DNA from: Casimicrobiaceae bacterium
Lineage (GTDB): Bacteria > Pseudomonadota > Gammaproteobacteria > Burkholderiales > Casimicrobiaceae
Assembly (NCBI GenBank): GCA_035466885.1
Contig: DATIUK010000069.1
Span: forward strand, 1-26,974
Direction of reading: 5' to 3'
DNA length: 26,974 nt
A program made the position numbers and the translations under genes. Of this stretch, positions 1 through 7,939 are shown in pieces. The notes beneath the pieces were generated by a model, which worked only from the letters and a program-made list of their open reading frames with translations, was not told the origin of the DNA and ran no database searches. Each line of letters begins with the position of its first letter. Position 1 is the stretch's first letter.

Positions 1-2
1 AG

Positions 3-614
3 CGACACCTGTTCGTGCTGGTCGGCGACGTTGCCGGCAAAGGCCTGTCGGCGAGCATCTTCATGGCCGTCAGCAAGGCGCTGGTCAAGAGTGCGACCCT
101 GCGGCTGGGACTGGTGGAGCCGGGCGCGCTGATGAGCGCAGCCAACGCGGAGGTGTCGCGCGACAACCCGGAGCTGCTGTTCGTGACCGCCTTCGCGGCG
201 ATCGTCGATCTCGAAACCGGCGGAGTCGTTTATTGCAATGCCGGGCACGAGGATCCTTTCCGCATCGCGCCGGGCGACGCGGCGGCCGGGCGCCTCGGCG
301 GCGGCGACGGGCCGCCGCTGTGCGCGGTCGACGACTTCGCCTATCGCGGCGCGCGGGCGCAGCTCAAGGCCGGGGAGCTCGTCTGCATCGTCACCGATGG
401 CGTCACCGAAGCGCGCAGCCCGGCAAATGCGCTCTACGGCTCCTCGCGGATCGCGGTGCTGCTGCAGACGGGGGCCTTCGCCGGCGACCCGGCGCGCACG
501 GTCGTCGATGCGCTCGTCGCCGACGTGACCCGGTTCGCGAGCGGCGCGGCGCAGGCCGACGACCTCACGGTCCTGGCGCTGCGCTGGAACGGTCCGGCAA
601 CCCGGGCGTCATGA
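3..614 (+). CDS. SpoIIE/PP2C-family (RsbU-like) Ser/Thr phosphatase domain, C-terminal part; gene starts left of the window
   Basis: Frame is open from the window edge (RHLFVLVGDVAGKG...). It carries the PP2C_SIG motifs GDVAGKG, FVTAF, NAGH, TDGVTEA and DDLTVL, and stops at TGA 612-614. Confidence 0.93.
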   Translation, partial: RHLFVLVGDVAGKGLSASIFMAVSKALVKSATLRLGLVEPGALMSAANAEVSRDNPELLFVTAFAAIVDLETGGVVYCNAGHEDPFRIAPGDAAAGRLGGGDGPPLCAVDDFAYRGARAQLKAGELVCIVTDGVTEARSPANALYGSSRIAVLLQTGAFAGDPARTVVDALVADVTRFASGAAQADDLTVLALRWNGPATRAS

Positions 615-616
615 GA

Positions 617-648
617 CCGCGCTGCCCGCCGAACGGGCGTCGGCGCGG
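617..648. terminator. GC-rich stem-loop between convergent genes (possible terminator or RNA-stabilising hairpin)
   Basis: CCGCGC (617-622) pairs with GCGCGG (643-648), and GCCCG (624-628) pairs with CGGGC (634-638). There is no U-tract on either strand, so this is weak. Confidence 0.25.
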
Positions 649-658
649 ACAGTTCGGG

Positions 659-1267
659 CTAACGGACGAGGATCTCGACCCGCCGGTTCCGCGCCTCGGC
701 GACGCCGTCGGCGGTCGGCACTGCAGGCTCGCGCTTGCCGCGCCCGATGGCGACGACGCTGTCGGCCGCGATGCCGCGCTCGACCAGGATCACCCGCACC
801 GCCTGCGCGCGCTTGCGGGCGAGCGCATCGTTGACCTGGTCGCTGCCGACGAGGTCGGTGTGCCCGACGACGACGATGTCGGGCACCGGAACCGTCGCGA
901 TCTCGGCGATGACGCCGTCGAGGACCGCGCGCGACTCGGCGGTCAAACCGTCGGTCTGCTCGACGAAGTAGACGACGAAGGCGCGGGGCCGCGCCGGCTG
1001 CGCGGCGAGCGCCGCGCCGAACCGCTTCTCGACGTCGGCCGCGCTCGACGTGGCGGCCTGCGGCCCCGCTGTCGTGAGGTTCGCCGCAGCGTAGGGCCGG
1101 TCGAGCACGAGCGTCTTGTCGTCCTGGCGGACGGTCACCGCCGTGTCGCGCCCGTCCTTCTCCGGCAGCAGCACGACGGTGCCGACCTGTGTTGCGCAGG
1201 CGGCGAGGGCGAGCGCGACGGCGACGCCCGCGACCAGCCGCTCAGCGCACCGCGGAAGCCGGATCAT
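659..1267 (-). CDS. OmpA-family (peptidoglycan-binding C-terminal domain) lipoprotein
   Basis: Signal peptide with lipobox LAAC (Cys24). OmpA-like domain motifs: VYF, GHTDLVGSDQVNDALARKRAQAV, GRGKREP, NRRVEI. Confidence 0.93.
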   Translation of the reverse strand: MIRLPRCAERLVAGVAVALALAACATQVGTVVLLPEKDGRDTAVTVRQDDKTLVLDRPYAAANLTTAGPQAATSSAADVEKRFGAALAAQPARPRAFVVYFVEQTDGLTAESRAVLDGVIAEIATVPVPDIVVVGHTDLVGSDQVNDALARKRAQAVRVILVERGIAADSVVAIGRGKREPAVPTADGVAEARNRRVEILVR

Positions 1268-1712
1268 CGATGCTCACCACGAACTCGGTGCCGCGGACGC
1301 CGAGGATCGCACGCGGGGTGCGGACCGTCATCGCGTCGGGCGACTGCTTGGCGATCCGGCCGGAGACCACGGCCAGCGATCCTGCGGTCAGCGTGGTGTC
1401 GAAGCGTCCCTGGCTGGTCGTCTCGTCGTACTCGTACCGCGCCAGCGTGAGCGTGCTGTTCGGTCCCGCCGAAAGCAGCGAATTGTCGCTCATCGTGATC
1501 CCGACCGAGCCGTCGGCGCCGGTCTGCACCGTGTCACTGGCTTGCACGCGCATGCCGACCGTGGCGGGCAGCGCCTGGCCACCGCGTTCGACCGTCACCC
1601 GGCCCTTGGCCACCTTCACCTGTCCGATGTCGGCCGCTGCGGCGACCGTGGCCAAGCCCGCGACCAGCAGCGCCGCGACCACCCGGCGACCCGGAAATGC
1701 ACGTCTGGTCAT
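1242..1712 (-). CDS. Exported FecR-domain protein (156 aa, stand-alone)
   Basis: Start re-assigned to ATG 1712, preceded by SD-like GGGAGG. Signal peptide (RRVVAALLVAGLATVAAAA) is followed by the FecR pattern IGQVKVAKG..DTVQTGADG..ITMSDNS...GPNS...VRTPRAILGVRGTEF. Its 3' end overlaps the ompA start by 26 nt. Confidence 0.88.
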   Translation of the reverse strand: MTRRAFPGRRVVAALLVAGLATVAAAADIGQVKVAKGRVTVERGGQALPATVGMRVQASDTVQTGADGSVGITMSDNSLLSAGPNSTLTLARYEYDETTSQGRFDTTLTAGSLAVVSGRIAKQSPDAMTVRTPRAILGVRGTEFVVSIDDPASAVR

Positions 1713-1890
1713 GCTGCCTCCCATGTTCCTTGCCCGAGGTCGGGCTGCCGGCGCGACGCTTCCGGCGGCCTCCCCGGCGAACATGCTGCCCGAATTCGGC
1801 GACCCTGTCGAAGCCGGTCCACCATTGTTTGCATTTCGCTGCGACGCCGGGCGGGACCGGCCGGAGCGCGGCGGGCCGCGGGTCCCGCGG

Positions 1891-1896
1891 TAGAAT
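1891..1896 (+). promoter_or_regulatory. Possible sigma70 -10 element (TAGAAT) for the 1968-2447 gene
   Basis: TAGAAT lies 72 nt upstream of ATG 1968 in a very GC-rich intergenic region. No recognisable -35. Confidence 0.3.
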
Positions 1897-1967
1897 GCGC
1901 GGATCGTGGCGCGCCGCCGTCTGCCGGCAGGACGCGCCGAACCCGTTCCGGACGACGAGGACATCCC

Positions 1968-2447
1968 ATGTACAACGCGCTTTTCGCCACGATCTTCGCT
2001 GCCGTCTTCGCCGCCGCGCCCGCTGCGTGGGCGCAGGACAAGCCCGCCAATGGCACCGATGTGGCGACGCTCAAGGCAGCGGTCAAGGCAGACAAGAAGG
2101 CACTGGTCGCCTCGACGATCAAGCTCTCCGACATCGAGGCGAAGAAGTTCTGGCCCCTCTACGACGATTACCAGCGCAAGCTCGACGCGCTGAACCGGCG
2201 CATCTCCCGGCTGGTCGAGGAGGTCATTGCGCAGAGCAGCAAGCCGGTGTCCGATGCGATGGCGAAGTCGCTGCTCAAGGAGTCGCTCGCCATCGAGGAT
2301 GAGGAGGTCCGCGCGCGTCGCGGGTACCAGAACCGGCTGGTCAAGGTGCTGCCCGCGGCCAAGGTGCTGCGCTACCTGCAGCTCGAGAACAAGATCCGGG
2401 CCATCCAGGACTACGACATCGCGACGGTGATGCCGCTGGTCAACTAG
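1968..2447 (+). CDS. Exported alpha-helical protein, Spy/CpxP-like (159 aa), function unknown
   Basis: ATG 1968 with SD GAGGA. Signal peptide ending AWA|Q. The pattern KKALVASTIKLSDIEAKKFWPLYDDYQ...VLPAAKVLRYLQLE resembles LTxxQ-type helical periplasmic proteins. Strong C/G third-position bias. Confidence 0.8.
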   Translation: MYNALFATIFAAVFAAAPAAWAQDKPANGTDVATLKAAVKADKKALVASTIKLSDIEAKKFWPLYDDYQRKLDALNRRISRLVEEVIAQSSKPVSDAMAKSLLKESLAIEDEEVRARRGYQNRLVKVLPAAKVLRYLQLENKIRAIQDYDIATVMPLVN

Positions 2448-2510
2448 GCCCCGTTCCCCGGGCAGGTCCGGCGCGCGGCGCGGGGTCGCGCCCGACTCGC
2501 CGTGGCCGCG

Positions 2511-3506
2511 TCAGCGGGGCGGCAGCAGCCGGCCCTGGGCCAGCAGCACGAGGGTGCGTGCGGCCAGGAACGCGATCACCGTCGAGGCGACGAGGACGGC
2601 GGCGAGCGCCGCCTCGCGCGGCCAGCCGGCACGGCGCACCGCCTCGACCGCCGACGCGGCAAGCGTGGCCAGCGGGAACGAGAACGACCAGAAGCCGGCC
2701 GTGAACGGAACCGCAGTCCACCACCGCCAGCGCGTCAGCACCGCGAACACCGGGCCGCTGGCGATGCCCAGCCCGACCATCAGCAGTTCGCCGGAGAGTT
2801 GCGGCCAGAGCGTGGCGACCGCCAGCGTTCCGACCGCCGCCGGTGCGATCTCGATGCCCAGCGTGGGGCGCAGCTCGGGCGGCAGCGGGCCCGCGAAGAG
2901 CTGGTGCAGGATCCTGACCTCCAGCAGCGCCCAGCCGCCGAACCCCATGCCGAGGAGCAGCGTCGCCCAGCCCGGCTGGCCGAGCGTGTGGAGCGTCATC
3001 GCGCCGACGAACCCGCCGGGCACGATCGGGAGGTAGAGCGCCGGCGAAAGCAGTTCGGCGGGCATCCGTCCCGTCGACAGGCGCGCGACGACCACCCACG
3101 CGATCGCCGCCTGGAGCAGGAGCAGCGCGAGCGCCAGCCCGAGCGCAATTCCGCCCCACGCGGGGAAGCGGGGCGCCAACAGGATGATCGCGACTTCGGC
3201 GGTGACCGGGAACAGCGCCAGCAACGGGCCCTGGACCGGGTGCATCCACTCGCCGCGCACGACCTGCGGATGCACGACGAGCTTCGCGGCCCACAGCACG
3301 GTGAGAATCGCGAGCACCGCGAGGCCGGTGACGAGCAGCGCCTGCGCGACGACCTGCGCGTAGCCACCGACCAATGGGTCGAGTCGTTGCCAGGCGCCCG
3401 CCAGGCCCAGGAGGCCGAGCGCGATGGCGAACAGCCCCGGCGGCAGGCGGGCGAGCCAGGGTCGTGCCGCGGGTGCGGGGGCCGTGCCGGCAGCGGGCGT
3501 GGTCAT
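2511..3506 (-). CDS. tehA: TDT/SLAC1-family anion channel, dicarboxylate transporter/tellurite-resistance protein TehA-like
   Basis: About 10 hydrophobic segments. Motifs LPPGLFAIALGLLGLAGAW, EWMHPVQGPLLALFP, LSPALYLPIV, RPTLGIEIAP and FWSFSFP are typical of TehA. Confidence 0.85.
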   Translation of the reverse strand: MTTPAAGTAPAPAARPWLARLPPGLFAIALGLLGLAGAWQRLDPLVGGYAQVVAQALLVTGLAVLAILTVLWAAKLVVHPQVVRGEWMHPVQGPLLALFPVTAEVAIILLAPRFPAWGGIALGLALALLLLQAAIAWVVVARLSTGRMPAELLSPALYLPIVPGGFVGAMTLHTLGQPGWATLLLGMGFGGWALLEVRILHQLFAGPLPPELRPTLGIEIAPAAVGTLAVATLWPQLSGELLMVGLGIASGPVFAVLTRWRWWTAVPFTAGFWSFSFPLATLAASAVEAVRRAGWPREAALAAVLVASTVIAFLAARTLVLLAQGRLLPPR

Positions 3507-3560
3507 CGATGGTTTCCGGTGGTTGGCCGCCCGGAGTCGAATCCGCGGCGAGCCGTCGCG

Positions 3561-4940
3561 TCAGTGCAGGAAGAACGCGTAGTACGGTTCGTCGCGCGCG
3601 AGGCGGCGAAGGTAGAGCGCGAGCTCGCGCAGGTGGTAGTCGCCCCACATGCACGACTCGCCGCAGGGGATGCGCCGGCCCTTGGGCACGTGGTCCCAGC
3701 CGTTCGGCCGGTGATAGACCGCGTGCAGCAGCAGTCCCTGGTGCTGCGGGTTCGTCGACAGGTACGGCTCGGCGAACAGCGTCCGCGCGACGGTGAGACC
3801 GGCGGCGACGTAGCGGGCGCCCGCGCGCGCCTGACCATGCGCTTCGAGGTAGCGGCCCAGGCGGACCAGGCCCTGCGCGGTGATCGCTGCGGCCGAGCTG
3901 TCGACGGGTTCGTGCTCGTTGTACGGGTCGGCGGGCCGGTCGAGGTAGTCGCCCAGGTGCACGAGCCCGGGCGCGCCGGTGTCCCAGTACGGAACGCCGC
4001 AGGTCGGCGTGGTCTCGAGATAGAAGTCCGCCGTTGCCCTCGCCGCCGCAAGGTAGCGCGACACGACCGCCTTCCTGCCGCCGAACGGCTTCAGCTCGCC
4101 GTCCTGCAGCGTCTCCAGGAACTCGAGCAGCTCCGCGTAGCCGAGCTGCACCCAGGCAAGGCCGCGGGTCCAGGTGGAGAACGGCGTGTAGCCCTGCTGC
4201 GTGCTCGGGCAGCGGTACGAGCCGTCGTTGACGTTGAAGATCGACTCGTGCGCGACGCGGCCGCGGATGTCGTAGCGGTCGCGGCCTTCGCCGAAGTAGA
4301 CGTTGTAGCGGGCGTTGGTGTCCGCGTGCTGGACGAGGCGCTGCAGCAGCGAGATCCTGCGGTCGCGTTCGCCCATCAGCACGTGGCCGAGCTGGTGCGC
4401 GACGGCGAGCGAGCGCAGCGAGCGCATCGTGTCGGCGAACAGCGAGTGCGGCCCGTTGAACGAGTGGATGTAGCCCAGCCCGTCGGGAAGCTCGGTCCAG
4501 CGGGCGGCCTGCACCGCGCCGGAGAGCTTCAGCGCGAGCTCGCAGAAGTGCTCCTGCCACGGATCGGCCGGGAGCCGGCCCTCCCGTGCAAGGCGCAGCA
4601 GGTTGCCGTAGGTCGAGATGTTGTTGAAGCCGTGGTCGTGGACCCCGATGTGGCTGACGTGGCTCGCCATGTGCTCGAGCGTGCCGGCGACGCCGGCGGC
4701 GAGCATCTTGCGGTCCTGCGTGACGTCGAACTGCAGGATCGCCGAGCCGAACTGGAATCCCTGCGTCCACTCGGTCCAGCCGCGCGAGGTGTAGCGGCCG
4801 GCGACCGTGAACACCGGCGTTCCCTTGGCGCTGTCCCAGTGCTTCCGGATCAGCTCGATCTTCTTCCCGGACAGCTCGAACACCCGGTCGATGGCGGGGA
4901 CGAGCGCGGCGGCGGTCAGCTGGTGGTCGATGCGGATCAT
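3561..4940 (-). CDS. Glycoside hydrolase family 88-like (unsaturated glucuronyl hydrolase fold) protein, 459 aa
   Basis: Start re-assigned to ATG 4940 (SD GGAG). GH88-like motifs: WTEWTQGF, HDHGF, FADTM, STWTRGLAW, VPYWD, DSSAAAI, MWGDYHLRE. No signal peptide. Confidence 0.8.
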   Translation of the reverse strand: MIRIDHQLTAAALVPAIDRVFELSGKKIELIRKHWDSAKGTPVFTVAGRYTSRGWTEWTQGFQFGSAILQFDVTQDRKMLAAGVAGTLEHMASHVSHIGVHDHGFNNISTYGNLLRLAREGRLPADPWQEHFCELALKLSGAVQAARWTELPDGLGYIHSFNGPHSLFADTMRSLRSLAVAHQLGHVLMGERDRRISLLQRLVQHADTNARYNVYFGEGRDRYDIRGRVAHESIFNVNDGSYRCPSTQQGYTPFSTWTRGLAWVQLGYAELLEFLETLQDGELKPFGGRKAVVSRYLAAARATADFYLETTPTCGVPYWDTGAPGLVHLGDYLDRPADPYNEHEPVDSSAAAITAQGLVRLGRYLEAHGQARAGARYVAAGLTVARTLFAEPYLSTNPQHQGLLLHAVYHRPNGWDHVPKGRRIPCGESCMWGDYHLRELALYLRRLARDEPYYAFFLH

Positions 4941-4975
4941 GGATGCTCCGTGACGGGTGGTTCGGCGGTCGTTGG

Positions 4976-5767
4976 TCAGAGTCGGCGCAGGTGGAAGCCG
5001 CCGTCGAGGTGGATCACCTCGCCGGTGGTGAACGGAAACGCGCCGGCGAGGATCGCACGCACCGCGCGTCCGACGTCCTCGGCCGAGCCCCAGCGGCCCT
5101 GCGGCACCAGTCCTTCGGCGATCAGCTTGTCGTACTTGTCCTTCACGCCGGCGGTCATGTCGGTCGCCATGATCCCCGGCCGCAGTTCCAGCACCTGGAT
5201 GCCGGCCGCCGCGAGGCGCACCGCCCACAGCTGCGAGGTCATCGCCAGCCCGGCCTTGGAGATGCAGTAGTCGCCGCGGTTGACCGACGCCGTGTCGGCG
5301 GAGATCGACGTGATGAAGACGATCTTGAAGCCGCCGGGCAGTGCCGGCGGGTAGCGCCGCTCCAGCCAGTGGTTCGCCACGCGCTGGGTGAGGAAGTACG
5401 GCCCCATCAGGTTGGTGCGGATCACTTCCTCGAACGACTCCTCGGTCGCCTCGGTGACGTCGGCGCGCACGCGCGGCGCGATGCCGGCGTTGTTGACCAG
5501 CGCGTCGAGCCGTCCGAGCTCGGCCAGCGACTCGTCGACGATGCGCAGGCGATCGGCGCGCTGCGCGATGTCGCCCTGGACCAGGACGAAGCGCTGGTCG
5601 TCGCGCGCAGCGGCTGCGCGGCACAGCCTGGCCGTCTCGTCGGCAGCTGCCCGGTTGGACGCGTAGTTGATGGCGACCGACAGGCCCTGCGCGGCCGCCT
5701 CGATCGCGACGCCGCGGCCGAGCCCGCGGCTCGCCCCGGTAATGAGCACGGAGGGAAGGGGGGTCAT
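4976..5767 (-). CDS. Short-chain dehydrogenase/reductase (3-ketoacyl-ACP reductase-like, PRK12745 type), 263 aa
   Basis: Start at ATG 5767. Rossmann motif TGASRGLG, LVNNAGIAP, SIS, catalytic YCISK, and C-terminal TGEVIHLDGG. Confidence 0.92.
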   Translation of the reverse strand: MTPLPSVLITGASRGLGRGVAIEAAAQGLSVAINYASNRAAADETARLCRAAAARDDQRFVLVQGDIAQRADRLRIVDESLAELGRLDALVNNAGIAPRVRADVTEATEESFEEVIRTNLMGPYFLTQRVANHWLERRYPPALPGGFKIVFITSISADTASVNRGDYCISKAGLAMTSQLWAVRLAAAGIQVLELRPGIMATDMTAGVKDKYDKLIAEGLVPQGRWGSAEDVGRAVRAILAGAFPFTTGEVIHLDGGFHLRRL

Positions 5768-5847
5768 GGCGGAAGGCAGGGCTTGGAGCCGGCGGACCGG
5801 CGGTTCAGGGAAGCCAGCAACGCTGGCCGTCCCGGCGCACAGGCCCC

Positions 5848-5856
5848 ATTCTACCA
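5848..5856 (-). promoter_or_regulatory. Putative extended -10 promoter (TGG-TAGAAT) for the SDR-GH88-tehA cluster
   Basis: The minus strand reads TG-G-TAGAAT, about 80 nt upstream of the SDR ATG, in a GC-rich intergenic region. Confidence 0.4.
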
Positions 5857-6006
5857 AGCCCGCGGGCCGGCCCGGCCGACGCGCGGCCGCGCGCCACCGC
5901 CGGACGCGGGTTGCGTCCGGGTGCGAAAACCGTGATCATCCGCGCTTTGCCAACCGTCCCAGGCCCGGCGTTCGCCCGCCGATCGCGCATGGCGCCGCTT
6001 CGCCCG

Positions 6007-7926
6007 ATGCTCCGTTCACTCCCCGCACTCTGCAGGCTCCTCGCGTTTGCGCTGGCGGCGGTTCTCGCGCAGGTCGCCCTCGGCCAGCCGGTCGATGCGG
6101 GCGGGCCACTGCCCGATCCCGACCGGTGGTCGCACGCGTACTCGGCGTACGGCAAGCCCAAGTACCCGCCCGGCTTCGCGCACTTCGACTACGTCAACCC
6201 TGACGCCCCCAAGGGTGGCACGCTGCAGCTCAACAATCCCGATCGCCGGACGAGCTTCGACAAGTTCAACCCCTACACGATCAAGGGGCAGTCGCCCGCG
6301 GGCCTCACCACGCTGATGTTCGAGACGCTCGCGCAGCGCTCCGGCGACGAGCCCGACACGATGTACGGGCTGTTGGCCGAGGGCATCCAGGTTGCCCCGG
6401 ACAAGTCCTGGATTGCCTTCCGGATCAACCCGAAGGCGCGCTTCATCAACGGCGACCCGGTCACCGCCGCCGACGTCGCGCACGCCTTTGCGATGCTCAC
6501 CAGCAAGGAGGTTTCGCCGGCGACACGCACCCAGCTCGAAGGCGTCGCCGGCGCGACGGTCCTGGACGCGCGGACGATCCGCTTCGACCTCAAGGAGCGG
6601 ACCGCCGACACGATCTTCAACGTCGGCAACATCCCGGTGTTCTCGCCCAAGTGGTCGCTGGGTCCCGACGGCAAGCCGAAGAAGTTCAGCGATATCGTCA
6701 ACGAGTTCCCGATCACCACCGGCCCCTACCGGATAGGCACCGTCGACGCGCCGCGGCGCATCGAGTTCGTCCGCGATCCGAACTACTGGGCGCGCGATCT
6801 GGGCGTGTCGAAGGGCCAGTACAACTTCGACCGCGTGGTCTACCGCTATTACCAGGACAACGCGATCTCGATCGAGGCGTTCAAGGCGGGCGAGTTCGAC
6901 TTCCTGATGGAGTACTCGGCGCGGCGCTGGGCGCGCCAGCACTCCGGGCCCAAGTGGGACGACGGGCGGATCATCAAGGAGGAGTTCCCGACCGGCTTCG
7001 GCATGGGGTTGCAGGCGTACTACTTCAACTCGCGGCGGCCGCTGTTCCAGGATCGCCGCGTGCGCGAGGCGCTGTCGCTCGCCTACGACTTCGCGTCGAT
7101 CAACATCTACAAGCAGTACAAGCGGGTCGACAGCCTGTTCGCCAACTCCGAGTTCGCCGCCAAGGGAGAGCCAACGCCCGCCGAGCTCGCGCTGCTCGAG
7201 CCTCATCGCGGCGAGCTGCCGCCGGCGACGTTCGGCCCCGCATGGCAGGATCCGCGCACCGACCTCGATCCCAACGGGCTGCGCAACAACCTCAAGCGGG
7301 CGCGAAAGCTGCTGGAGGAGGCGGGCTGGAAGGTCGACGCCGAGGGCGTTCTGCGCAACGCCAAGGGCGAGGCCTTCGAGTTCGAGTGGCTGGAGGCCGG
7401 CGAGGCGCCGAGCCGGCGCGAGGCCATCTTCCAGCGCAACCTGGCGCTGCTCGGGATCAAGCTCAACGTCCGCGTCGTCGACTTCGCCCTCTACCGCAAG
7501 CGGCTCGAGACCTTCGACTTCGACATGATCAACCTCAAGAGCGGCGACTGGGCTCTGCCGAATGCGGCCGACCTCAAGGCGGCGCTGGGGAGCGCGGCTG
7601 CCGACGAGCAGGCCTCCGCCAACTACGCCGGCATCAGGAACAAGGCGATCGACGCCCTGGTCGAGCGGATGGACAAGGCGAAGACGATGGACGAGCTGCG
7701 CACGGCGACGCGCTCGCTCGACCGCGTGTTCATGCACGAGCACTACGTGGTGCCCGACCTCATGGGCGCCAGCAACCGGGTGTCCCGCTGGGACAAGTTC
7801 GGCATCCCGAAGGTGGTGCCGAAGTACTACACGATCGCCACGCCCAGCGACTACCTGCAGTGGGCGGTGACGGCGTGGTGGGACAAGGCGCTCGGCAAGG
7901 CGCCGGCGAAGCCGGCGAAGCCGTAG
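6007..7926 (+). CDS. yejA: ABC transporter family-5 extracellular solute-binding protein, YejA/NppA type
   Basis: Signal peptide. Motifs YGKPKYPPGFAHFDYVNPDAPKGG, SFDKFNPY, YGLLAE and FDRVVYRYY. The start could also be ATG 5989. Confidence 0.9.
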   Translation: MLRSLPALCRLLAFALAAVLAQVALGQPVDAGGPLPDPDRWSHAYSAYGKPKYPPGFAHFDYVNPDAPKGGTLQLNNPDRRTSFDKFNPYTIKGQSPAGLTTLMFETLAQRSGDEPDTMYGLLAEGIQVAPDKSWIAFRINPKARFINGDPVTAADVAHAFAMLTSKEVSPATRTQLEGVAGATVLDARTIRFDLKERTADTIFNVGNIPVFSPKWSLGPDGKPKKFSDIVNEFPITTGPYRIGTVDAPRRIEFVRDPNYWARDLGVSKGQYNFDRVVYRYYQDNAISIEAFKAGEFDFLMEYSARRWARQHSGPKWDDGRIIKEEFPTGFGMGLQAYYFNSRRPLFQDRRVREALSLAYDFASINIYKQYKRVDSLFANSEFAAKGEPTPAELALLEPHRGELPPATFGPAWQDPRTDLDPNGLRNNLKRARKLLEEAGWKVDAEGVLRNAKGEAFEFEWLEAGEAPSRREAIFQRNLALLGIKLNVRVVDFALYRKRLETFDFDMINLKSGDWALPNAADLKAALGSAAADEQASANYAGIRNKAIDALVERMDKAKTMDELRTATRSLDRVFMHEHYVVPDLMGASNRVSRWDKFGIPKVVPKYYTIATPSDYLQWAVTAWWDKALGKAPAKPAKP

Positions 7927-7939
7927 CCCGGAGACTGAA

